In this document: one piece after another, positions 28,463 through 40,471 of the stretch
Layout: the number at the start of each line of letters is the position of its first letter
How positions within the stretch are numbered: the first letter of the stretch is position 1
DNA from: Eledone cirrhosa
Lineage: Eukaryota
NCBI GenBank assembly: GCA_964016885.1
Contig: OZ024742.1
Coordinates: 355,384,001 to 355,448,000, forward strand
Direction of reading: 5' to 3'
Length of the DNA: 64,000 bases
Program-made: the position numbers and the translations under genes
The notes under the pieces: model-generated
What the model was told of the DNA's origin: nothing
Seen by the model: the letters and a program-made list of their open reading frames with translations, nothing else
The model's database searches: none

Positions 28463-29100
28463 CTGTGGAGAGAGAGAGGAGACTGTGGCTCACATTGTGT
28501 CCGAGTGTAAACACCTAGCCCAGACCCACTATAAGGGCTGGAGACACGATGTGATGGGCAGGGTGATCCACTGGCACCTGTGCAAAGTAAACAATCTACC
28601 ACATTCTGAGAAATGGTATGAGCATAGGCCAGAGGCGGTGATGGAGAACAGTCAGGTGAAGGTGCTGTGGGATTTTAGGATACAGACGGACAAAAAACTG
28701 GAACACAATAGACCTGACCTGGTGGTTGTGGACAAAGAGAAAAGATCGTGCCTGATTGTGGATGTGGCCTGCCCGTTCGATACGAGAGTGCAAGAGAAGG
28801 AGAGTGAGAAAATTAACCGATACCAGGACCTAAAGTGGGAGGTGAAAAGGATTTGGAACTGCCATGAAGTCAAAGTGATCCCGATTGTCATAGGCGCACT
28901 GGGGACTATCTCCAAAGGTTTCCAGGGATGGTTAAAGAAAATCGGCCCCTTCACGCTTTTTGGAACGCTTCAAAAGGCATGCTTGCTTGGAACGGCAAGA
29001 ACCCTCCGATACGTCCTGAATATCTGAGGCTGCAGGTAGTGGCTTGATATTCAATCCAACGGACTTTCCAGTTAACCAACATCAATGACTGAGATTCAAG
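28461..29100 (+). mobile_element. R4/Dong family 2, 5'-truncated copy (RLE domain + 3' UTR)
   Basis: Near-identical to 33408-34047. Starts abruptly after (TAA)n and ends in an (AAT)n tail. Confidence 0.93.
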
Positions 29101-29113
29101 TATTAACAATAAC

Positions 29114-29193
<80 letters not shown>

Positions 29194-29202
29194 AATAAAA
29201 AA

Positions 29203-32200
29203 AAGGGAAGAAGACGCACGAGGTGACGGAGGTCATGAAATCGCTCCCGTAAGTTTTGAATTTTTAACATATTTAAATCATTTGTGAAATAACAACTCTT
29301 AGTACAAATGCTACGTAAAGCACCCGGCTTGAACCCAAAAAAAATTCGGACCCAAAATATATTGTTATAAGGCTCAAATATTCAAATATTCATCTTTGTA
29401 TTGTACACTGTATATCCAAAAAAATGGCTATAAATGGAAGAAGAAGAACCCCCCCCTCCTCTCCTCTGGCTACACTATATAGGACAGCTAAACTCACCAA
29501 CACCAGAAACTAGATACACCACCCACCCCATCATCTGTGTACACTAAACACAACAGCATTTTCACCTTCACCGCCACCGCTCACTACGGCCATCATTACC
29601 ACCACTATCCCATCACCGCCGCCACCACCCCTTGACTCCTTCACTGCTGCTGCCACCGCTACAGCACCATCACTACAGTAATACGGCTCAAATATACGAA
29701 TATTCAACTTTGTATTGTACACTGTATATCCAAAAAAAATAAAATGGCTATAAATGGAAGAAGAAGAACCCCCCCCCCTCCTCTCCTCTGGCTACACTAT
29801 ATAGGACAGCGAAACTCACCAACACCAGAAACTAGATACACCACCCACCCCATCATCTGTGTACACTAAACACAACAGCATTTTCACCTTCACCGCCACC
29901 GCTCATTACGGCCATCATTACCACCACTATCCCATCACCGCCGCCACCACCCCTTGACTCCTTCACTGCTGCTGCCACCGCTACAGCACCATCACTACAG
30001 TAATACGGTCGCATCACCGCCACCACTGCCTCGGTATCGACATCACCACCACCACTGTCTCAGTATCGCCAACGCCGCCAGTCTCTGCTGGCTGCCACTT
30101 CCACATTATAGAATTCCTACTACTAACAAAGAGGAAGGCATCAAAATATATAGATAGACTCAAAAGAAAAAAGAAAAAACAAACAACAAAAGCAGCACAG
30201 CAACAACAGCAAAAAACGAGAAAAACAAACAGAGAAAAACAAAAACAAAAAAAGAAACCCCAAAAACGTAAAGAAAATAAGAATGAAGAGAGAAGCAGGC
30301 GGACGGACAGAGAAGAGGGGGGAAAAAGTAAAACTTAAAAAACAAAAACTAAGTCAGACATTCGAATACTACATTACAATGAAACTTATGCTTATTCATT
30401 TTTGGGGCCCTTTCTGCCCGTGTGTTTGTTTGTTTATGTGTGTCCGTATACAGCGTGGTGATAATGCCACACAAGGGCCAAGTGGGATGGCGGACCCACA
30501 GATGGCTATGTAAACATACATTCGCCAATCCTCGATAAGAGTGTTTAAATATCGAACATAAACAGTTCGAATAACGGTGAAATGGAGACTAGAACGTCAT
30601 GTGACAGACACTCACCCAACAGGTGCCCCCTGGCTCAGCAGCAGGAACCTGACTGTCAACCAAATACTGCTGATGTTGGAGGAAGAAGAAGAAGGAAAGG
30701 GGACAGAACCAACTGGACGAAAGAATTGAATAGAACTGTTATGCAATGCTACCTGAAAAGTAACCCCAAGGAGAGGGGCTACAGGAGACGGATGCATAAC
30801 ATCTGGAACGAGATTGGTTTATTTAAATTAGATGAACAAAAATTGGCCGGGCAGGCTCGGGTAATAAGAACTAATGGGTGGATAAGCGAGCTGGAACTGG
30901 AGGAACTGAGCAGAGAGAATGGCTTGGAGATGGCGGGTGTAGTATGCCAGACAAGCGAGCCGGCGGGAAATGAAGGTGAGGAGGTCCTGAGAACGGAGGA
31001 ACCACCCGAAGCAGACAATGAACTGAATACCGAGATAAATAATACCTGGAACAGAGATACGGCCACTGAGGAGATGAATGCTGACGGGCTAGGACAAGAT
31101 TCGGTTGACATCCTAAATTTAGTGGTAGATGAGTTGAACAATGATAGTGGGAGACCTATGAACCTAAGATTTGTAGACAGGAAAAAGTTAAAAGAAACAA
31201 CAGCTAAGGTAAACAAAGTCATCCCATACCTTGAGGCGAGGAGTCTTCATCAGTGCAACAAAATCCTCAAAGCAACAGCAAATACGGTGAGGAAACTACT
31301 TGGTATAAAAGCGAGAGGAAACAACAGACAAGAAAGAGCAGAGCCGTGGTGGAAGAAGCGACTAAGTGGGCAAATCGGGGAAATGAGAAATGACATCGGA
31401 AAGCTTGAGTCACTACTGAATGGGACACTAAAAAACATAGGCACTAAAAATAGACTGGAAATAAAATACAAAACTAGGAGTAAAAAGCTAAATATTATCA
31501 TAGAGGAATTGAAGCAACGCATTGTAGCAAAGAGTGCCAAAATCTGGCGATACGAGAACAGAGTCAGTCAGTATAAACAAAACCGCATGTTCGACAACAA
31601 CCAGAAGATGCTGTTTGGACAGCTTGAGGGGAAAGAAAGAGGCAACGACTTGATCCCTGGGGCGGAACAAGCTAAAACATTCTGGAGAGGAATATGGGAG
31701 CAGGATGTTAGACACAATGCCCAGGCAGGGTGGATTGAGACAGTACAGAGGGAGATCGGTGAGCAGGCACAGCAACAGACTGATTTGAGTATCACAGTTG
31801 AAACTCTTAAGGGGCAAGCCAAAAAACTAACCAACTGTAAATCACCAGGCCCAGATGGTGTGCAGGGGTATTGGATTAAACATTTAACATCCCTCCACCC
31901 GAAGCTGACGGCCATGTTCAATGACTGCTTGGTGTCGGGTGAGGTGCCAGAGTGGTTGACAAAAGGTACCACAGTTCTGATAATGAAAGACCGAATCAAG
32001 GGTAATGATGTTACCAACTATAGACCTATCATATGTCTGTCCGTAATGTGGAAACTGTTAACGAGCATTGTGTCTGAGGAAATCTACCATCACCTCCACA
32101 CAAACGACTTGTTACCGGACGAACAGAAAGGATGCCGAAAGAAGTCACGTGGTACAAAGGACCAGTTACTTATTGATAAGATGGTAATGGGGAATTGCAG

Positions 32201-34047
32201 GAGGAGACACACTGATCTTGCCATGGGATGGATAGACTACAAAAAGGCATTTGACATGGTGCCTCATTCCTGGATCACCAAAAGCCTGGAGATATTCAAG
32301 GTGGCAGATAACATCAGACAGTTGCTGGGCAGGAGTATGGGGTCCTGGGAGACAGAGTTGACATCAACTGGAGTATCCTTGGGAAGCGTGAAGATCAAGA
32401 GAGGTATCTTCCAGGGAGATAGCCTGTCCCCTCTGTTGTTTGTCCTTGACCTGATGCCCTTGACCATTATGCTGCGAAAAGTGAGAGCAGGATACAAGTT
32501 GGGAAGGGGAGAGCTTACCATCAATCACCTCCTCTTCATGGACGATCTTAAGCTCTTTGGGAAAAGTGAGAAGGAGTTGGATGTGCTTGTTGACACTGTC
32601 CGTATTTTCAGCAGTGATATATGTATGCAGTTTGGTATTGGTAAATGTGGAGTCATTGTGATGAAGAGGGGTAGGTTGAGCAGAAGTAACGGGATCCAGA
32701 TACCAACAGGTGAGATGATAAAGGAAATTGACTCTGAGGAAGGATACAAGTATTTGGGCGTTCTGGAGGCTGATGGCATAAAGAACAAAAAAATGAAGGA
32801 ATTGTTAAGAACTGAATACATTCAAAGAGTAAGGAGCGTATTGAAGTCACGTCTGAACAGCAGAAATGCCATAAGCGCAGTAAATTCCCGAGCTGTGTCT
32901 ATTATTAGGTACAGTGCGGGAATTCTGAGATGGAATGTTGCTGAACAAAAAGAAATGGATAGTAAGACTAGGAAGCTATTGACTATCTACAACATGTTCC
33001 ACAAGAGGAGTGATGTCGATAGACTCTACCTAAGGAGATCTGAGGGTGGAAGAGGTCTTATCAGCATAGAGGACTGTGTTCAGATGGAGAAAAACAACCT
33101 ATACAAATACGTGACCTATAGTAAGGAGCCAATGCTCAGAACTGTACTGAAGGAGGGGACAGTAGGCCAGGGGATGTCCAAGGAGGAAATAGCATCAAGG
33201 AGGAAGAGCAGCCTTAAGGGAAAATCCCTTCATAGTACCTTCTTTGAGAAAACTGAATTTAGAGATCCACAGACATGGAACTGGTTGAGAAGAGGAGACC
33301 TCAAAAAGGCTACAGAAGGAATGCTAATGGCTGCGCAGGAGCAGGCCCTCAAAACGAAGTGGTTGAAGCACCATATCTACAAGGAGGAGGCTAGCCCACT
33401 GTGCAGGATCTGTGGAGAGAGAGAGGAGACTGTGGCTCACATTGTGTCCGAGTGTAAACACCTAGCCCAGACCCACTATAAGGGCTGGAGACACGATGTG
33501 ATGGGCAGGGTGATCCACTGGCACCTGTGCAAAGTAAACAATTTACCACATTCTGAGAAATGGTATGAGCATAGGCCAGAGGCGGTGATGGAGAACAATC
33601 AGGTGAAGGTGCTGTGGGATTTTAGGATACAGACGGACAAAAAACTGGAACACAATAGACCTGACCTGGTGGTTGTGGACAAAGAAAAAAGAACGTGTCT
33701 GATTGTGGATGTGGCCTGCCCGTTCGACACGAGAGTGCAAGAGAAGGAGAGGGAGAAAATTAACCGATACCAGGACCTAAAGTGGGAGGTGAAAAGGATT
33801 TGGAACTGCCATGAAGTCAAAGTGATCCCGATTGTCATAGGCGCACTGGGGACTATCTCCAAAAGTTTCCAGGGATGGTTAAAGAAAATCGGCCCCTACA
33901 CGCTTTTTGGAACGCTTCAAAAGGCATGCTTGCTTGGAACAGCAAGAACCCTCCGATACGTCCTGAATATCTGAGGCTGCAGGTAGTGGCTTGATATTCA
34001 ATCCAACGGACTTTCCAGTTAACCAACATCAATGACTGAGATTCAAG
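29203..34047 (+). mobile_element. R4/Dong family 2, full-length copy with intact ORF
   Basis: ~1.4 kb 5' region whose start (aagggaagaa.acgcac) is shared with the copy at 34112, single 1130-aa ORF, short 3' UTR, (TAA)n tail. Confidence 0.93.
30582..33974 (+). CDS. R4/Dong non-LTR retrotransposon protein: reverse transcriptase + CCHC zinc knuckle + restriction-like endonuclease (1130 aa)
   Basis: Uninterrupted ORF with KSPGPDGV, NYRPI, EQKGC..GTKDQLLI, WIDYKKAFDMVPH, GIFQGDSLSPLLF, HLLFMDDLKLF, CRICG..ETVAHIVSEC, RHD and RPD..D..K..RYQDL. Confidence 0.95.
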   Translation: METRTSCDRHSPNRCPLAQQQEPDCQPNTADVGGRRRRKGDRTNWTKELNRTVMQCYLKSNPKERGYRRRMHNIWNEIGLFKLDEQKLAGQARVIRTNGWISELELEELSRENGLEMAGVVCQTSEPAGNEGEEVLRTEEPPEADNELNTEINNTWNRDTATEEMNADGLGQDSVDILNLVVDELNNDSGRPMNLRFVDRKKLKETTAKVNKVIPYLEARSLHQCNKILKATANTVRKLLGIKARGNNRQERAEPWWKKRLSGQIGEMRNDIGKLESLLNGTLKNIGTKNRLEIKYKTRSKKLNIIIEELKQRIVAKSAKIWRYENRVSQYKQNRMFDNNQKMLFGQLEGKERGNDLIPGAEQAKTFWRGIWEQDVRHNAQAGWIETVQREIGEQAQQQTDLSITVETLKGQAKKLTNCKSPGPDGVQGYWIKHLTSLHPKLTAMFNDCLVSGEVPEWLTKGTTVLIMKDRIKGNDVTNYRPIICLSVMWKLLTSIVSEEIYHHLHTNDLLPDEQKGCRKKSRGTKDQLLIDKMVMGNCRRRHTDLAMGWIDYKKAFDMVPHSWITKSLEIFKVADNIRQLLGRSMGSWETELTSTGVSLGSVKIKRGIFQGDSLSPLLFVLDLMPLTIMLRKVRAGYKLGRGELTINHLLFMDDLKLFGKSEKELDVLVDTVRIFSSDICMQFGIGKCGVIVMKRGRLSRSNGIQIPTGEMIKEIDSEEGYKYLGVLEADGIKNKKMKELLRTEYIQRVRSVLKSRLNSRNAISAVNSRAVSIIRYSAGILRWNVAEQKEMDSKTRKLLTIYNMFHKRSDVDRLYLRRSEGGRGLISIEDCVQMEKNNLYKYVTYSKEPMLRTVLKEGTVGQGMSKEEIASRRKSSLKGKSLHSTFFEKTEFRDPQTWNWLRRGDLKKATEGMLMAAQEQALKTKWLKHHIYKEEASPLCRICGEREETVAHIVSECKHLAQTHYKGWRHDVMGRVIHWHLCKVNNLPHSEKWYEHRPEAVMENNQVKVLWDFRIQTDKKLEHNRPDLVVVDKEKRTCLIVDVACPFDTRVQEKEREKINRYQDLKWEVKRIWNCHEVKVIPIVIGALGTISKSFQGWLKKIGPYTLFGTLQKACLLGTARTLRYVLNI

Positions 34048-34058
34048 GAATAACAACA

Positions 34059-34111
<53 letters not shown>

Positions 34112-34113
<2 letters not shown>

Positions 34114-37100
34114 GGGAAGAATACGCACATGGTGGATAGAAGGTCGTGAAATCGCTCCCGTAAGTTTTGATTATTAACATATTTAAATCAATTGTGAAAT
34201 AACAATTCTTAGTACAAATGATACATAAAGTATCCGGCTTAAGTCCCCATAAAATTCGAATTCAAATATATTGTTATATCGCTCAAATATTCAATTTTGT
34301 ATTATACATTTTATATTCAAAAAAGAAAATGGTTATAAATAGAAGAAAACCCCTCTGTCTACACTTTATAGAACAGCCAAATAACAGCAATTTCACCAAC
34401 ACCAGAAACTAGATACACCACCTACCCCATCACCCCTCTGTGTACACTAAACACAACAGCCAGATAACGGCAAATTCACCACCACCACCACCAATCTCAG
34501 CATATTAATAATAATTACTATTATCATTGTCTCAACTGAGCAGAGAGATTAGCTTGGAGATGGTGCATGGAGTATGCCAGGCAAACCAGCCAATGGGAAA
34601 TGAAGGTGAAGAGGTCGAGAGAACGGAGGAACCACGCGAAGCAGACGATTATCTGAATGCTGAGATAAATAATACCTGGAACAGAGATACGGCCACTGGG
34701 GGATGAATGCTGACGGGGTAGGACAAGTTTGGTTGATATCCTAAATTTAGTGGTAGATGAATTGAACAATGATAGTGGGAGACCTATGAACCTAAGATTT
34801 GTAGACAGGAAAAAGTTAAAAGAAACAACAGCTAAGGTAAACAAAGTCATCCCATACCTTGAGGCGAGTAGCCTTCACCAGTGCAACAATATCCTCAAAG
34901 CAACAGCAAATACGGCGAGGAAACTACTTGGTATAAAAGCGAGAGGAAACAACAGACATGAAAGAGCAGATCCTTGGTGGAAGAAACGACTGAGTGGTCA
35001 GATCAGGGAAATGAGAAATGACATTGGAAAGCTTGAGTCCCTACTGAATGGGACACTAAAAAACATAGACACTAAACATAGACTGGAAATAAAGTACAAA
35101 AATAGGAGGAAAAAGCTAAATATTATCATAGAGGAACTGAAGCAACGCATTGTAGCAAAGAGTGCAACAATCAGGCGATACGAGAACAGAGTCAGTCAGT
35201 ATAAACAGAACCGCATGTTCGACAACAACCAGAAGATGCTCTTTGGACAGCTTGAAGGGAAAGAAAGAGGCAACGACTTGATCCCTGAGGCGGAACAAAC
35301 TAAAACATTCTGGAGAAGAATATGGGAGCAGGATGTTAAACATAAGGACCAGGCAGTGTGGATTGATACAGTATAGAAGTAGATCAGTGAACAGGCACAC
35401 ACACAAACTGATTTGAGTATCACAGTTGAAACTCTTAAGGAGCAGGCAAAAAGACTAACCAACTGGAAATCACCTGGCCCAGATGGTGTGCAGGGGTATT
35501 GGATTAAAAACATAACATCCCTCCACCCGAAACTGACAACCATGTTCAATGACTGCTTGATGTCAGGTGAGGTACCAGAGTGGTTGACAAAAGGTACCAC
35601 AGTTCTGATAATGAAAGACCGAATCAAGGGTAATGATGTTACCAACTATAGACCTATTACATGTCTGTCCGTAATGTGGAAACTGTTGACAAGCATTATG
35701 TCTGAGGAAATCTACCATCACCTTCACACAAACAACTTGTTACCGGACGAACAGAAAGGATGCCGAAAGAAGTCACGTGGTACAAAGGACCAGTTACTTA
35801 TTGATAACATGGTAATGGAGAATTGCAAGGGGAGACACACTGATCTTGCCATGGGATGGATAGTCTACAGAAAGGCATTTGACATGATTGCCTCAATCTT
35901 GGATCACCAAAAGCCTGGAGATCTTCAAGGTGGCTAATAACATCAGACAGTTGTTGGGCAAAATTATGAGGTCCTGGGAAACAGTGTTGACATCAACTGG
36001 AGAATCATTCGGAAGCGTGAAGATCAAGAGAGGTATCTGTTGTTTGCCCTTACCCTGATGCCCCTGACCAGTTTACTGCAAAAAGTGAGAGCAGGATACA
36101 GGTTGGGAAAGGGAGGGCTTACCATTAATCACCTCCTCTTCATGGACGATCTTAAGCTCTTCGGGATGAGTGAGAAGGAGTTGGATGTGCTTGTTGACAG
36201 TGTCCGTATTTTCAGCAATGATATATGTATGCAATTTGGTATTAGTAAGTGTGGAGTCATTGTGATGAAGAGGGGTAAGTTGAGCAGAAGTAACGGAATG
36301 CAGGTACCAACAGGTGAGATGATAAAGGAAATTGACTCGGAAGAAGGATACAAGTATTTGGGCGTTTTGGAGGCTGATGACATCAAGAACAAAAACATTA
36401 AGGAATTGATTAGAACTGAATACATTCGGAGAATAAGGAGCGTATTAAAGTCACATCTGAACAGTAGGAATGCCATAAGTGCAGTAAATTCCCGAGCTGT
36501 GTCTATTTATAGGTATAGTGCTGGAATTCTGAGATGGAATGTTGCTGAACAAAAAGAAATGGATAGGAAGATTAGGAAGCTATTGGCTATCTACAACATG
36601 TTCCACAAGAGGAGTGATGTCGATAGACTCTACTTAACGAGATCTGAAGGTGGAAGGGCTCTTATCAGCATAGAGGACTGTGTTCAGATGGAGAAAAACA
36701 ACCTACACATATACGTGAATGATAGTAAGGAGCCAATGCTTAGAACTGTACTGAAGGAGAAGAAAATAGGCCAGGGGATGTCCAAGGAGGAAATAACATC
36801 AAGGTGAAAGAGCAGCCTTCAGGAAAAATCCCTTCATAGTACCTTCTTTGAGAAAACTGAATTTAGAGATCCACAGACATGGAACTGGTTGAAAAGAGAA
36901 GACCTTAAAACGGCTATAGAAGGAATGTTAATGGCTGCGCAGGAGCAGGCCCTCAAAACCAAGTGGTGTAAACACCATATTTACAAGGAGGAGGTTAGCC
37001 CACTGTGCAGGATCTGTGGAGACAGAGAAGAGACATTGTATCCGAGTGTAAACACCTAGCCCAGACCGACTATAAGGGCTGGAGACATGATGTGATGGGC

Positions 37101-37641
37101 AGGGTGATCCACTGGCACCTGTGCAAAGTAAACAATTTACCACATCCTGAGAAGTGGTATGAGCATAAGCCAGAGGCGGTGATAGAGAACGATCAGGTGA
37201 AGGTCCTGGGGGATTTTAGGATACAGACGGACAAGAAACTGGAACACAATAGACCTGACCTGGTGGTTGTGGACAAAGAAAAAAGATCGTGCCTGATTGT
37301 GGATGTGGCCTGCCCATTCGACACGAGAGTGCAAGAGAAGGAGAGGGAGAAAATTAACCGATACCAGGACTTAAAGTGGGAGGTAAAATGGATTTGGAAC
37401 TGCCATGAAGTCAAAGTGATCCCGATTGTCATAGGCGCACTGGGGACTATCTCCAAAAGTTTCTAGGGATGGTTAAAGAAAATCGGCCCCTTCACGCTTT
37501 TTGGAACGCTCCAAAAGGCATGCTTGCTGGGAACAGCAAGAACCATCCGATAAGTCCTGAATATCTGAGGCTGCAGGTAGTGGCTTGATATTCATTCCAA
37601 CAAACTTTCCAGTTAACTAACATCAATGACTTAGACTCAAG
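34112..37641 (+). mobile_element. R4/Dong family 2, older decayed copy with deletion across the 5' UTR/ORF start
   Basis: Aligns to 29203-34047. It jumps from 5' UTR (~34500) to sequence matching ~30903. ORF broken into 34729-35376, 35413-35937, 36040-36807 and 37005-37466. Confidence 0.92.
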
Positions 37642-37929
37642 CAGTAATAATAATAATAATAATTTTTAAGGTTCACTTAAGCTAAAAATGCCTTTGGTCA
37701 AGAGTCTACAAGCACATCCACACACACACATTTATATATAAACCCTCACTACCACACACAATTATACATACTCACACACACACACAAACACACACACACA
37801 CACACACACAAACACATATATATATATATATAGTGGTGGAACACTGGAAGGTAATATCCGTAGTGTTAGACACTCAGTCCATGGGACGAGTTAGGTAGAA
37901 TTGGTTACACAAGAGTTAGTTCACCACAC

Positions 37930-37967
37930 CGAGAACAATTGTTTCATCTTAGCGGATCCTCAGCTCG
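37930..37967 (-). ncRNA. Minimal type I hammerhead ribozyme motif
   Basis: CGAG-CUGAGGA-UCCGCUAAGAU-GAAAC-AAUU-GUU-CUCG: canonical core, perfect stem I, palindromic ACAAUUGU stem III. Stem II is weak. Confidence 0.72.
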
Positions 37968-37980
37968 TAATGGACATGGG

Positions 37981-38018
37981 CGAGCTGAGGATCCGCTAAG
38001 GTGAAACAATCGTTCTCG
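37981..38018 (+). ncRNA. Minimal type I hammerhead ribozyme motif
   Basis: CGAG-CUGAGGA-U(CC GCUAA GG)U-GAAAC-AAUC-GUU-CUCG. Confidence 0.7.
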
Positions 38019-38047
38019 GTATGGTTAACTAACTGTTGTGTAACCAC

Positions 38048-38087
<40 letters not shown>

Positions 38088-40018
38088 TAAAGTATGATGC
38101 AACGAAATTTCACTAAGTTATATCGTATATTGATCGTTCCATATGCTACACAGAGATCTTCAACTCACCCCTCCTCAAATGATTACCATATTCACTGCCA
38201 TCATATATATATATATATATATCAAGTGACGTATAATACGAATATGTTATAAATACATATTTCATTGTTTTTATATAGTTGCCCATTAATGATATATTGA
38301 TATATTCTACTTTTACTTAGTATTTACAGCTTCCAAGACTAGCTAATAACATTGCACGGAAGGTTTGTCAATTAAACTTTAATGTAATGTATTTTGTGAA
38401 TTGAATGGTTATTGTTTAGCAATTAACGAATAAATTACAATGTGTTATTTATAAAACAAATTATGTGAAATATGATTTTTAGGAACATGAGCTATGTTTA
38501 AGTATTGCTTAAGTGGTGAATCCTTTTCTAGATCTTAAGTGTGTTGTTTTGTCTCTTTTCTAAATAGTAAGGATTGGAGGTTAATATTCGTAAATATATT
38601 TGTATGAAGATGTATATAAAGTTAAACATTATTAAATATTCAATAGGAAATTAATATAATTATTGAAGTGGTCTTGAAATAATTATAGAATACGTTATAA
38701 CATGAATATTAATTTAAATTAGATTTGATAATTGCAATTTAACATGGTTAATAGAGATTTAACAGCTAAATTCGGATAGGACCAGTATATCTTTTTAATC
38801 TCTGAATGTACTTATATCTTCTTTCATCCTACCACGGAATTGAAAACACGCTCTCGTATTCCCATTTGTGTTAAGTATACATTCACAGTGGGTTCGTGTT
38901 TCATGGGATTTATAGATGTACCTATAATAAACTATGAAAATATCCACAATGAACCATATGGATTTTGTGGTGGGAGAGGTTATAAGGGAAATATGTACTT
39001 TGTTCTATATAGAGGGGTTTTGTAAAGCTCTACGTATAGATTAAAGGTTGGGAGAGATAAGAGGGCATTAAATGAAATGTATTCCTTTATCTATCGGTTT
39101 ATGGAATGTTTGAACTGGCTACATCGTTTGCATGTTTTTTTTTGTCATTTTAAATTGTTGATGATTTTATAGATTTCTCTCTGCGCACAAGATACCGTTT
39201 ATATTTTTAATTCTATTATATGACTTTGTTCCGAAATTATATTCACCTTTGTATGATATTGCATTTTGCGTTGTTGTTTATCATATCAAAATCTTGTATG
39301 GAATGTGATTTCGGTATTTCTTATTAAACTTTTATATATATATATATGAAATTTAGTCGTCTCAAATCTTAGGACTACCTCAATAAGAAATAGTTTTCAA
39401 AGCCGTGAATGTTATATTCGTATAAGGAAACGATAGACATAATTTCTGAGAAATTAAACCTTAGTTCTCTCTAATGCCGGAAGAATGTGTTCAGTATTAT
39501 ACTGAAATATCAATAACCCATAATTTTTGTAGATAGATGTGTGAATATCCGGTTATGTTTAGAGGTGTTTATGACATTTGATATCTAAAATGAAGTCCCA
39601 ATGATTGTAATAGTCGATGTCCATCAACATCATTTATTTATAATCAAAAACATTATCCTAGTGGCGAGGGAATATCTAAGGAGATGTACCCCCGAATAAT
39701 ATCAGGTCACACTCAAGCGCTACTGGTAATATGTAACCAAGTCAAACATGTCAAATGGTTGGCCCATCGATGACGAACAAGGAAACCTCAACAATTTACA
39801 GGCTGAGAAACAAAACTTGTCAAATGGCGAACTCAAAAGAGTACACGTCAATCTAATAATTTTATTTAAAAAAACACAAAATTGGGTCGCCAGAGTTATT
39901 TAGCCTTGGTTGGCCATCTATGTACGAGAAGGATCATTCTGATTTCAAATCGGGAGTAGATAATATTCTGTAGTAGTCTTGGTGACACCCGTTCAAGTGG
40001 CTAATGGCTTTACTATTA

Positions 40019-40471
40019 CTAGCAGAAAACACACCCTTCGGATCGTTTCCTGCTACCATGTGTTATGTGCATATTGATATTGTACGCAAGTATATATGCA
40101 TGTAGTTATGATACATCAAATAAAATCATAATTGGCAATATACACAAAAATATGTAATCAGTAACGTAATCCATGACAACATTAAAAAAAGACGATATTA
40201 TATATAGACTGCATTACGAGAAAATTAGTGACGGAAATATATGAATGTTTAAGCGATCGCTAACCGGAAGTGTTGACATTTGAAATTGCTAACGAAGTGA
40301 ATATTTAAATAAACAATAACATATATTTAATCAACAGCTACGAAATTTAGTAGATAAGTTATGTAATATTAATTCATTATTTATTCAAAGTAATCCAACT
40401 GATTTTACTTATGCGATAAACAGTCATAAACCGGACGCATTTCCGCACTCCTTACTTTATTATAGTTTAGA
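40019..40471 (-). mobile_element. Non-autonomous Helitron (~450 bp)
   Basis: Minus strand reads A|TCTAAACTATAATAAAG...hairpin...CTGCTAG|T: TC/CTAG ends, AT target, no TSD. Homologous end-to-end to 48738-49224. Confidence 0.75.

Larger units (their letters stand above)
37831..38052. mobile_element. Small fold-back element with a hammerhead motif in each arm, within (TA)n
   Basis: ~37896-37967 is an inverted repeat of 37981-38052. Homologous to 61861-62120 in opposite orientation. Confidence 0.8.

Noticed and set aside
30612-33862. Antisense ORFs overlapping the Dong CDS (and similar ones over the Tx1 and Penelope elements)
   Set aside because: Shadow ORFs from codon bias of the sense frame.
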